Of a stretch of DNA of 64,000 bases, positions 1-12,200 are shown one piece after another (the first letter of the stretch is position 1; every line of letters begins with the position of its first letter). The notes under the pieces are model-generated. The model was not told the origin of the DNA, made no database searches, and was given only the letters and a program-made list of their open reading frames with translations. The translations under genes were made by a program, and so were the position numbers. The stretch is from Auanema rhodensis. Taxonomy: Eukaryota > Animalia > Nematoda. The stretch covers positions 6,138,001-6,202,000 of the forward strand of contig OZ059898.1 in NCBI GenBank assembly GCA_964057225.1. The letters run 5' to 3'.

Positions 1-506
1 CAAAAGTAAAGCTTTCGTTCTCTATTAATTTATTTGTTAGTCCTTCCTCAATGGCTTTTTTATCCCATGTTCTAGGGTTTTCTTTAATTTTATGTATTTG
101 TTGAATGTTTCTGCTCTGAATGCCTGGCCACTTCCATTCCTTGCACTTCCCATAATCATTGATACGCCTTTGCTGGTCTCTGGAATGTCAGGGCTCTTTT
201 ACAAGTTTCATTTTTGAAATGTTATTGCTTGCTTTCTCTGAAATGATGACTGTCGGGTAAATCCCGGTGGTTGTATTACATGCGTTTTTTCATATTCAGG
301 CTTTTCATCAACAATATTGTACTAGGTTGATGGTGCCAATAAACAAATAAAATTATGAGATAAGTATGGGGTTACGTACACTCAGGTAGCATTCGAGAAA
401 AACATAAAATCCCTCTAAATTCTATATGGGCTTTTTTTGAATTATTCGAAAATATCGGACGTTTTACGAACGAGGATGACTTTATGACTACGTGTCTGTA
501 GATGTC

Positions 507-2437
507 ATGGTCGATTTCATATTCATTATATGTTGGGAACTAAAGATTTCATTTTGCCTACAGGATGCGGTTCAATATGAGGTCCCGACTTGCCCAGATG
601 CTAGCTTTGACAAGGAAGAATTGGATTATGATGAGGATGAAGATGAAGACAAAGAAGAAAGAGTAGGGCGTTTCACGTCTGAACGAACGAAGGTATACAA
701 ATCTTGCCATAATTTTTTTTATACTTTTTTAACTTTAAAGCAAGCCACAGCCTCTTCCACTGTTCCAAATAAAGCTAATTCATCTAACCAAACCCACAAA
801 AAGGGAGATGAAAATAAGAAAAATTGGAACAATAATCGTGGAGGAGCTTTTAACAATAGAGGTCGTTCTAATCAATGGAATAATCGTGGCGGAAGTGTAA
901 GAGTATCCTTCTAACAAAGTTCTAATTATTCGATATAGATGGGTATGAGAGGTCGCGGTCCCATGATGAATAACTTTGGAGGACCTCCTTCGTTATTAAC
1001 TATGCAAATGGAACCCCCCATTATGCTAAACCAAAATGGTGGTAAAATTTTGATAAATCCTAATTTTGCTGCTCCGTTACACCCCCCACACCCGCAGCCA
1101 TTAGGTAGTACAATTAAGTATTTAGAGTACTAATTTCTTGAATCTTTAGTACGCTTGAATCTACCAGGTGCTCCTCCTATTTCTCTCGGTTCTTCAGCCG
1201 TGCCTAGTATGCCTATTGGTTCTAATTCAGTAGGTCCTATAGTTCCTCGTCTTCCGAATGGGATTCCTTTGGTTCCAAGTAATTATTTATACTTGATAAT
1301 ACGAAAATATTTGTTTTTTTAGTCCCCAACCTGCCTCCTAATCATGGAATGGCTGGGTTTGGAAATAATCTTATAAATAGGCATTATGGGTCTTCCAATT
1401 CCTCAGCCTATTCTGGCGGTTGGGATCAGAAAGTAGAAGAGTTTATCAATAGTGGTCTCCGCAAACCTAAAAGGAGGAGTTCATCTTATAGTAGTAGAAG
1501 TAACTCTAGCTCATATAGTGGAAGGTAAGAGTTGAACCGCTATCTTAAAACATTTGACATTCTTTAAGCTCCAAATCTCGATCCCGGTCTCGCTCCCGGA
1601 GTCGATCTCCTAGAAAGCATCATAGATCAGATAAGAGATACAGACATGAAAAGGATAGTAGAAGGAATGGAGAAAGAAACCTTAGAGGAAGAAGAGGAGG
1701 AAGAGGAGGACCCGGAAGCCGCAGATATGATCGATCGGACCGATCCAGAAAAGACGAAAGAGGAGAGGTATTCGAATATTATGGAGACTTATTTTTGAAT
1801 CAACTATATTTAATAGGTAGCTGCTGAATGCGCCAAAGTTGTTGGGGTAGACAAGGATTATCTTACCAAGGTGGAGGAACAAAAGCGATTGAGGGAAGAA
1901 ATGCTTCGAATGAAAGAACAGCGAAGACACGGTGCTGATGAAAAGCCCAGAGCAGAGATATCTGAAGGGAAGGTAATGAAGCAGGAATTATCCGGATAGT
2001 TTAATATTTAATATTTGCAGAGAGTTCAAAATTCTAAACTTCAAATGAATTCTGAAGTTAATTCAAATGCAGGTTCAGCTAAGAAGAAAGCTTTCCTGTG
2101 TGTTAATGTAAAAAATTTGAAACAACTTCCTACTGCACTTAATAGAGTTGAAGGGCTTGCCAGAGAATTCGGAAATGTTAAGGTATTTTCAGTAATCAGT
2201 ATTCAATATGAGTCATCTTTCATTTAAGAAAGTTTGGAAGTTCAATGATGATCAGGTTAACATAATCTTCACAGAGTTGGAAAAGGCTAAAGCCTTTATG
2301 TTAAAATACAACAAGTAAACAGTTTTAATTGATAACGATAAATTTATAAAATTTGTTATAGTAAAGTCCTCTCTGGCCTACGCATTCAAGTGACCTTAGA
2401 AAAAGCTTATTTATCATTAGCGGAAGTTCAAGGATAG
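507..2437 (+). CDS. RBM33-like RNA-binding protein (acidic N-terminus, Pro-rich region, RS/RG-rich region, coiled coil, C-terminal RRM); multi-exon
   Basis: Spliced translation gives M|DAVQYEVPTCPDASFDKEELDYDEDEDEDKEERVGRFTSERTK...SRSRSRSRSRSP...DYLTKVEEQKRLREEMLRMKEQRRH...LCVNVKNLKQLPTALNRVEGLAREFGNVKKVWKFNDDQVNIIFTELEKAKAFMLKYNNKVLSGLRIQVTLEK...QG, stop TAG 2435-2437. The 'GRFxSER' and 'EEQKRLREE' motifs plus a terminal RRM match my recollection of RBM33. The start (ATG 507, intron 510-563 with a weak GTCGAT donor) is less certain. Confidence 0.75.
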
Positions 2438-5400
2438 ATAAGAAAAAAGTTTGTATTTAATGCAACTATTCTCATGATACTCATTTTAATTTTACATTTT
2501 AATTTAATGATGTTTATATAACGTTTGATTAGTGACCGGGTTATAAAGTTTATATGATGTATTTCCTCAATTTATGCTCATTTCATGAATATTTAAAGAA
2601 TGTGTTTTGTGAACTGAAATTCTTCATTGGATTTTTTAGCGTAAGATATAGGATATCTAAATATTCCTGATTCAAACGCAAACTTAACTAAATCTTTCGT
2701 AACATTGCAAACTTATTTCATCATAGCTTTACTTTTATCTACACAAACTGAAGTTTTAAGATGGAACTCTTATCGTTGAATACGTATGTGAGATCTGAAC
2801 GATTGATGCGTCTCAAGAATGACTCTAGTTCACAGTTTTTGCTGAGCCATTTGAAAAACCGTTATTCACGAGTCGGACCATTGGCTGTCTGATGTTTTGC
2901 TATCAGCTAGTTTAAGCTTAAACATAACCTATTCTCGTAGACGTTTAGCTGTTCTCTCGTTCTCACTGCTGTAAAGGGAAACGAGAGAAAGAGAAGAACG
3001 AAGGGAAAAGAGAACGGTGAGAGAACAGACCTTTCCTCATCAGTGTACCATTCGTTTTCCATAACTCTCTTGACCCGCTTCAATGATAAGCTGCTGTCTC
3101 GCTTCGTGACGGTCTGATGTTTGCGTTAGCTCTACTACTTCAGTCACTGACAGTGTAGACCTCCTTCTTGCTAATGTCCACTATCATCTTTATACCTCAT
3201 ATTAGTTAGATAAAACTATAATTACAGTATAGAGTAATTTGAGCAATATCGAAGTTTGAAATTGACACAGCACAAAGTCCCCGTAATGGAATAATGTTCG
3301 AATATCATTTGCGATTTTCGGAAACAACACTAAAATGCAAATACTTAAATTAAGCTCAACCGTTCGTTCATTCTGCAGACATCAGATGAACAAAACATTA
3401 ATTCCAATTTACACGTGAATGCTATCACATGTTAATGTATGTATATACGTGAAATAAGAACATTAAAAAAATATTTGTCAACAAACATTTGAACACGCTG
3501 CAGTGTTCGTTGAATATTTCGAAGAATTTTAAACATTTATCATATGTACTGTATGCAATGTATGATATCATATATGTGATTCATTCTCTCATATTTGAGA
3601 ATGAATATTTTATATAACACATATAATTCTTATAATAAATAAGTATCAATGTTAGTGAATTGTTCTCTTCCAAAAAAAACATATTTTATACTTAAGAGAT
3701 CATAAAATCCATCCCAAGTTGGTAACTAGCATGAGGTAACAAGGTATCCTAAGAAGTTATCGTTCATTTTTTTATTAAAAATAGCATTTACTGAATAAGT
3801 TGTATATCTTTTGAATTATATGCTAATTGAATAAATATATTTATAAACTATGATCTAATTAGACATATATGGTACTATATTTCTTGTGAACGAAGCAATC
3901 ATATATTCACATTCCGTTTCAACATAATAACATAATCATTTGTACTTTTTGGTTTATTTTTCATTATTACTTCTTATCTTTTCTTGTCCATCCAACTTTT
4001 CTAACAATCACATTGTAGTACTTATCTAGATACAAAGCTTGTTAGACACAATCAATGTAAACATAGGAACGAATACAGTGATTACCTCATTCGGGAAAAA
4101 GTATGCGAAAACCCTGTCGAACGAATGAAGATGAATAGAGAGGTAGAGAAAAAAGCAACAAGTAGATTGACAAACTGACCAGCACCAGCTTGCGCCTAAT
4201 GAGCATCACAAGTTGAGACGATTAGTCTATCTCTCATTTCTATACTTCTCATATCTTTTCTCCCTCTCCGCTTCAACTTTTCTTATATCGCTCTCAGTTC
4301 TTTTAACTTTTACCTCATGCGAGTCCGACCTTGTGTGTTCGTAGACGGAGCGAACTGATAGAAGGATCTAAAACGAGTGCGAGTATGGTGAGCAAGGCAA
4401 ATAGAATACAACTGAGGCACACGACAACCAAAGCTCTTATGAAATCGCAATTACAGACCTTTTTGGGAGTTGACAGTATGACGACTAAATTGATGAAGAA
4501 CGATGAGAAAGTCTTGAGAAATTGCTAAAAGCTCCGAAAAAAATTATTCAGCGGAATTCAGAACTATTTTGAGAGTTTGAATCCTTGTCCTAAACAGGTT
4601 GCTCGCTACTCTAATTACGAAAAATTCTCTTCAAAACTTTAGCATCACTGCAAACAAGTCCTCGAAAGAAGGGTGAGCCTGATTTAATATACTAAATGGG
4701 GAAAACATGTAGGGTTTCTCAGATATTTCGAAACGTTTCGTTATACCCTTGATAATAATAGACAAGGCTAGCTCAACAATTCATTTGTTGAACTTAGACC
4801 GTATTTCTTGATTACATTGGACTCTGTGCAGCTTCATGAGAGGAAGTTTAAAAAGTTTCTAAGCTGAGTGCTTTCATGTAGCTTGTTCTTCGTTCTTCAG
4901 ACACCTTCATGAATTCCCTCATTTCAATATACTACCTTTCTGATTCGTGCACCGCTCGGAGCTAAGCGAAACTACCGAAGTATATCTCGAGCTCTGTTTC
5001 TGCTTAACTCGATTAGGCTCTAGATGTAGAGCACACTCTTGAGAAGATTAAGAGGAAACATTAGGCAATGCTTTCGGCATTTTAACGGTATTTGTTTTCT
5101 TCGAGACCGAAGTACGAGAGCACGGAAAGACAGAATTAAGGTGAAGCAGAAGATAGAGAGACTGTTAAAGCTAGAGAACAGGAATGTGAGTACAAGACAA
5201 TGACATGCCGAGAAGATGTTGATGAGGTCAATAAGATGACAACGTTCGGCGGTCCATCATCGTTATCGGTGTACGTGTCGCTCGATGTCCAGTAGCCTCC
5301 TCCTCGTTGTCCTTGTCGTTCTCCTCGTTCTCCTCTTCGTTCTTCTCGTCGTTGTTGTTCTTCTCAATGGCGTTCTTCTATTGTGACAAAGTTTCTCATC

Positions 5401-7296
5401 ACTTCACTTGCTCTCCTGATACTACCGCACTGTTAAACATTCACAAAGGAACCGTTGTGACGACATTACATAACACACATACAGATGACAGCTAAGGCGC
5501 CAGTTGGCGTCCGCCGAAGGTTATACGAGCTAGTCGTGACTAGTGATAAGTGGTCAGCAGACAAGACAAGATGCCGGCACACCTCAAACTCTGAGACACT
5601 TAATAGGACAGATTTTGTCAAAAAGAAAAAAAACTAACGATATCTTTGTTTTTTCATATCCGAAACTGTACTATGAACTTGACAGGCTTAATTTACATAA
5701 GTGATCTGAATATCAGAAATTTTCAATTATTTAACCTATCTGATTTATAAATTAAAAGAAAAAGGAGTTTGCTTGAAATAGATCCGAAAGAAGATTTCAA
5801 GAATCTCTTCTTTTTTTTTAAATAACCTCAATCATGATTGTGGAGTTTTTTCATGAATTATCCGTGCAAGTTTGGATTTGCTTTCAAAACCTTTACTTTT
5901 CTATTGAAATAATGATGAAAGGAGATGAGATGTCAACGAGTCCATTTTTTCAATTCTTCAAATTTTAGCATCTTTAAATCAACTGATTGGATGGAAATGT
6001 CAAGTTTTTTTTTGAAATTACTGTCAAGAAAGCTTCTGAAAGCTTTTTTTTTAGCAATTTTCATTTTTCTTTCATAAAACATTTGAAATAACAAAGAAGC
6101 TCACATGCAAACAAAGCCTTTTATGAATTTTTGGTTTCCAGAATTCTTTTTTTGCTTATTATATCAATTAAATAGTATAGTTAATATAATGAAAAAAATA
6201 CTTCAAAGTGCAAGAGACTAAAGGTCAAATGCCCTATTGCTTATGTAGTCGTTTTTTTCTTTCTCAGTCTTGGGTCACGTTTTTCCTAAGTAAAGCTGCT
6301 TCATCTTCTGTTTTTGTAGATGATGACGAAGCGTGCTCAAACGATTCCAAAAATAGAACAATTTGTTCGTTTATCGTCTTCGATCATGCTCTTGATGTGA
6401 CCATTTGAGGTCGTCGAGAGAGATTGCAAAACCGAAGCAGCATTCGACCTTCCACCCTTGCTCTTCCCTCCTGTCTCTCCTGTTTCACGTCACTCTAACT
6501 TTTCATTTCTTCTCCTTCTTTTCTTTCTGAATTGCTACTGAAGACGAAATGAGTTGGGGGAGCATATGTGAGTGACAGTGAACAGAGGAGAGGTTAGTTG
6601 GGTATGGTCACTCTGTGTTTGTGTAGTTTTTCGGCGTTTGCCCGCTTCAGAGTAGGGAAGAAGCTGAAGAATTTTTAGAAAGCAGAAAACGTTCACAGAG
6701 AAACAACTACAGAAGCTTGAGGAACTGCTCTATAGAGAAGCTGCAGAGAATTAATTGACGTTGAGAGATTTCATTGTTGTCTGTTCATATAAGTACTAAA
6801 TATATAAGCTTTGAAGAGAACACTGACCGCTTTTAATATCTGAAAGATTCGAATTGTGTACTAAGACTTTAAGAGAATTAGAGTTAGTTGACGTGAATAG
6901 AGATAGAAGGACAAGACTCCTGGGCTCGACGATAGAAGAGGCGTGGCTCGTCGAACGAACCGCTGAGCCCTCGGGGGGTGGGAGGTCAAGCCAGCCAATA
7001 AACTCTCTCTGTCGTTCTTTCTTTCTTACTCTCCCTTCATATTGTCAATCTGTGCTAGTCAATCAGACTCCTTTTAAGTGACAGTCTTTCGTTGCGTGCT
7101 AGTTTACTCCTCTTTAGACTGTTCAATCTCTCAGCTTTTCATCTCGTGCTCTCTCTCTAATTCTCTTACCTTTGCGGTCCCTCCTTTGCCCCCGCCTCCT
7201 CGTACGACGACGACGAAGACGACGACGATCACACACATAAGCGCCGACCCGCGTCCGGTCTCGCCTAGCCCCTAACCGTTCATTCACATCGCTACC

Positions 7297-9164
7297 ATGA
7301 CGCGACGATCAGCCATTAGTGTATTTCTTCTTTCACTTTTAGGTAAGTGTTATATTTCATAAAGCTTTTACAATTCCTGAAGCAATGAGATTATTTAAAC
7401 TCATGTTATTGCTCAAGGAGATAATTTGAAACCATAACTGTATATCTTCTATCTCAATCTAGTAATATTTTTCAATGAGGTTGATTCTCATTATTCAGAA
7501 TTCAAACTTTATATAGAAATGTTTCATCTTTTTAAGTGGTTTCATTTTCAGCAGCTGTCTCTTGTCAGACACCAGTAATCGGAGGATCTTGTAAATTAGG
7601 AACCTCCGACGTACAAATTGGTGGAAAACAGACACAATTTTTCCTTAAATGTGAAGCTGCATCTGAGTAAGTTCTATTTCCTTTATTTTTCTCATTCATT
7701 GCAAACATTATTTATGATTCAATATGTATATTTTATAATCATGTTTCCTCTTCAGTAGTGCCGATGGAGAAGGAGTTTGGGTAGTTAAGTCCAGAGCTGC
7801 TTCTCCACCTCAACAGGTTCAACCTGTACCAGCCGAAAATTCTCAGCCTCAGGCTAGACCACCAATGAGAAAGATGAGCAATCCAAATATCTGTGGTAAG
7901 TCGAACATAAGTATTTTATTTATTAGTTAATTCTCTATTCAATTCTCTACAATCTTTGTTTACTGAACTTTTTCGAAATCATTCAAGTTTATTAAAGACA
8001 ATTCAAAATCTAACTTCGTATTCGACTACTGATCATTCTATTTCTCTAGAGAATTTCAAAATAATTTCAAGTTCAATTTGATTTAAGCATTTCCTTCCTC
8101 ACAAAACTGTATATTGTGTTTTCGATTAAGCCATATTCTTTCTGTGCGCAACCGAAGAAGAGGCTTTCAGTTCTAATTGATGTAGAAGGGGGGCTATATT
8201 AGGTTATCTTTCTTTCTCTCCTTCTTCCATTTTCTTTTCTCTTCGATTTTTCTTTCTTTCTCTCTCAATCTCTCTGCTCACCTTCATATTTTCTCTTTGA
8301 AATCTCTCTTTCTCTTGTTATTGTCCGCACTGCTGATATTCGTGAGTCAAATAGGTATTACGTTGAGCAAATACGGGTTGAGAGAAAGGCTAGAGAAGAA
8401 GATGATGAAGATGATGTTGATGATGAGGATGATGACCGTCCGAACGGTAGAGATGAAGCAGAATAAGATTAATTACTGTGGCCGATTTAGCTTTGTTGTC
8501 TTGATAGATACTTCCTTATTAGATTAATAGATTAGAATCTTCTTTAAGCTTACTTTTCTTCTTTGATAAGCTTACGTAGATATCGCACTTCTTAACCCTC
8601 TTTCTTTATTCTCTCTATATATTTCAATCTCCCACTCCCACATTTTCTCTTCTTAATGTCTTTCTTAGTCTTAAATATAGAGAGAAAGAGAAGGAGAGAT
8701 GGAGGGAACTATAGAAAGAATGAGTCGGACGTGCATCTCATCGAATGCCCAAGACTTCAACGTCGTGTCCTGTCTCTCTTCATTCACCACTCAATACAAT
8801 TAGCCTTATCGAAAACAAATAAAATCCTTAGATGGTCTGCTTCGTTGCCGGGCTGTCCAGCTAGTCTCTATGTCCATCATCGAAAGAACAGTTTGCAACT
8901 CGTTTAGACAATATCTGTACACACAGCAAATCAAAAAGACCGAAGTAAGGAGAAGAGAGGAGAGAAGAGGTGGGGAGAGGGGTGGGGTAAACGGTGTATG
9001 AAACGAAGAATGAGGGTTGATATTGGTTTGTTCATTGAACGGTATAAATTGAATTATAATTTTCAAAGCTATTTTTACCTTATTTGGGAAAGAAACTAAA
9101 AAGATTATTTGGCTACATCTTATTACATTATTAATTATTATAGATATATCTATATATGTATATT

Positions 9165-9210
<46 letters not shown>

Positions 9211-12200
9211 AAATATGAATTAAACGATTGAGGTTACGAACGCCTAGTATTTCTCTGTGATTAGAAATCAGAAGCACAAACATCTCTATCTTAAACGTCA
9301 CAAACGTCGTCATTTGTCCATCTATTGATGGTCAGTTGTCGTAAGTTAGATTGCAACGCCGACCGTATTTGCGCTTGTATTGTTTGAAGTTTTGATTGAA
9401 AAAGTGACAGTATTCCGTGCAAACGAGTAATGCTTCTATCTTCTTTGTGCATTATCCATCCCTTGCTTGTTCATTTCGATAGTGTACCAACTCAGTCTTT
9501 TAAATCTTCCCCCGTTATGACTTTTCCCAAAAAAAAAGAAAAAACTGTATGACATATGTATATAGAGTACGAGAATGTCTAAAAAGATGGAATAAAAGTG
9601 CAGATTGAAGAAATAAACCGATACTAAACTAATGGACAACCAATATAAGAAATCTATTGAATTCTTATAATATGAATTGAATAGAAATATGAGTCAAATC
9701 ATATTTCTAGTTTGAGCTCAGTAGACGATTTCTTAACTAACTAGACATTATATAAGATAAGATGATTGGAAACCGTTGTCCGAATTGTATGTGTATTTGT
9801 GTTCGTTTGACTCAAAGGACGGAAGTAGTTAGGCATCCAGGGGGGGGGGGGGGGAGGCTTATGACATGTGCTCAAAGTTTCACATTCTCTTCATTTTTTC
9901 TAATTTGTTTAGAAAAGAAGTATTTGCGAAGTTTTTAGTGCAAGCACACTGACTATCAGTCCGTACTATAATACATTTCCGGGTGACTTATTAGCCTGTC
10001 TTAAGCTTTTATTGAAATACAGAATAAAATAGAAAAATAATATTAGTTACTTAATACTTAAGATAAAAGTTACAAATAGTCTGAATCCTTCAAATATTTT
10101 CTTAATACATTCAATGTAATATTAATGAAATGGATTTGATAAGAATACACTTACATAGGAAATGAATCTGTCAAATCCAACTTCATCTCTTTTTCTCTTT
10201 CAAATTCTGTTTCTTTCTTTCAATCTTTTAGTTTCTATATATAGTTATATTTAAATATATGTATATATTTGTGTATGTGTGTCTCTGTTGCTACCATAGC
10301 AGGAGAGTGCGTGACTAGACGTTTGAGGGAAGCAAACAGCGGAGAAATTGACCTGGTCCACCACTACCACCACAACCACCATCTTTCTCGTTTTCAATCT
10401 TCAGAGAAACCTTTTGCTTCTTTGTAAAACAAACCTGAACCATTCTTTTTTTTCCTGAATCTACTTCAAGTTGGTGAAGTTTTTAGGGTAATCAAGTAAA
10501 ATGCATAATATACATATTCTATCGTCTCACCTCATAGGCCAAATAAAAAAAAAGTTTTGTATAAAAGTATAAGAAACAAAGAATTGTATAGAGATTGAAA
10601 ATTTGAATATAAATAACAGTTGAAGAGGGAACATAGTTATACAAATAATATTTCCAGAACAAGATAATGGAGCTCGCGAACAGGATAGTTGTGCCGTTTC
10701 GGCCACTTGCCTTCAAGCTCATAACGAGAACCCTACATTCTATCTTCAATGCGACCAAACGTAATCTGTTGATATCGTACACTTCATAAAACTTATGTTT
10801 AGGAATATGCGTTGGGTTAAAAAGTCTTGTCAAGATGGATTCCTTTTCAACTTCGAACAACAAACCTGTGTTGTTCCTAAGAGAAACAACCCAATCAATC
10901 GTAAGTCTAACTTAGGCATTCAAAGAAATGATATTATACATATCATTCAATAATTCAAAACCTAATTCAAATGTTTAAGAAGCTTATCACTAACTATGAA
11001 TTCCAGCTTCAAATCTAACCTATTTTAAACCATCTAACCAAGCTAATAACTCTTTGACATTACAAAAGAACTGTACGTCTTGTCCTCTTGGCACAATTTG
11101 CTTTGATGGTCAATGTAAACAGCTTCATACAAGTAGTGAGCTTATCCTTATCCATCTATTCAATACAATCTTTCAATTCTATCCTATCCAGTTATTTTTC
11201 TTTTTTTTCTTTTATTTTTCTAACTTCTTCCCTCGCATGTGTTAACACCTTTCAGCGTTATGTGCCGATGGATCTTCACCTCTTGGGCAATGTCCTTGCA
11301 ATCTTTCATCTGGAACTGTGTGCACTGCCCAAGGAGTATGCTGCCGCTTTCTTCTATCCGAACTCGAGAAAACAGTCCAAAAATCGGATTACAACAACAC
11401 GGAAATATCTTGCGGTCAAACTTGCTCAAATGCCAGTCCTTGCCCTAAAGGACTTGTATGTGATCCATCTACGTTGTGCTGCTATTCTCAACGTTTTCGA
11501 TATCCTCTTCGGGCTCATGATGATCCGACAGCTATGTCGTTTGTATCTCCTGCCTCTGTATTTCTCGGCTCAAGCTCCATATTCGAGCCTATTAAGCAAG
11601 GCACAAGCTCTGCTTTTCGTGTTATAAGCTTGGAGCCAAGTGGATTTCAATCAATTAGTGGTGCCGAGCCAGCAGATGATTCAGTCAATTCAAGTATTAC
11701 CATGCCAAAAGCTCCTCATGAGATTGGACTAGTAAACACCACACCTCACGGTCCTCGAGCTCCTCCATCGGCAATACCAGGAAAATCAACAACAGTCAAG
11801 AGAACAACATCATCTATGCCACCATCAATCCGACCAGATCTTAGTTATCTGAAAACAACTCAAACAAGCTCTGTATCAACGACCACAATACCATATACGA
11901 CAATTCAAACGAAGACAGAACGACCAACAATAGGTAGGTAATTTCGTTGTTTGTTTGTCTGACTGAAGTAAGCTTCAATACCCAAAATGCGAGAGAAAGT
12001 AAAGCAAGAGGTGAAGAGAAAAGCTAAGAAAGAACTTGAGCACATAATAGATTACGTTTCTCTGTAAGGAAGTTTGCCTATACAATTTCAACAGATTCAT
12101 CTTAGTAAGCATTAAATAGGAAGATAAAACAGAGATACTAGAGAGCGACAAGCAAAAGGTGAAATAGTAAGCTCCGATGCTTTAATGAGTGTTTAAACAC

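Noticed and set aside
1-240. Minus-strand frame open to the window edge (HSRDQQRRINDYGKCKEWKWPGIQ...) preceded by an in-frame TGA
   Set aside because: No recognisable domain, no consistent splice or start model, and truncated by the window edge. I cannot tell exon from noise, and there is no evidence for selenocysteine or readthrough.
5013-5066. Scattered TTAGGC telomere hexamers (here and elsewhere), considered as signs of telomere addition or programmed DNA elimination
   Set aside because: Only isolated single copies, with no tandem array.
5296-5385. (TCN)n trinucleotide-like tract, acidic if read on the minus strand
   Set aside because: No flanking exon structure or extended ORF; treated as low-complexity non-coding DNA.
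10312-10333. TGACTAGA (miR-44/279 seed start); also TGAGATCAT (miR-80/bantam start) at 45080
   Set aside because: No complementary arm to form a pre-miRNA hairpin.
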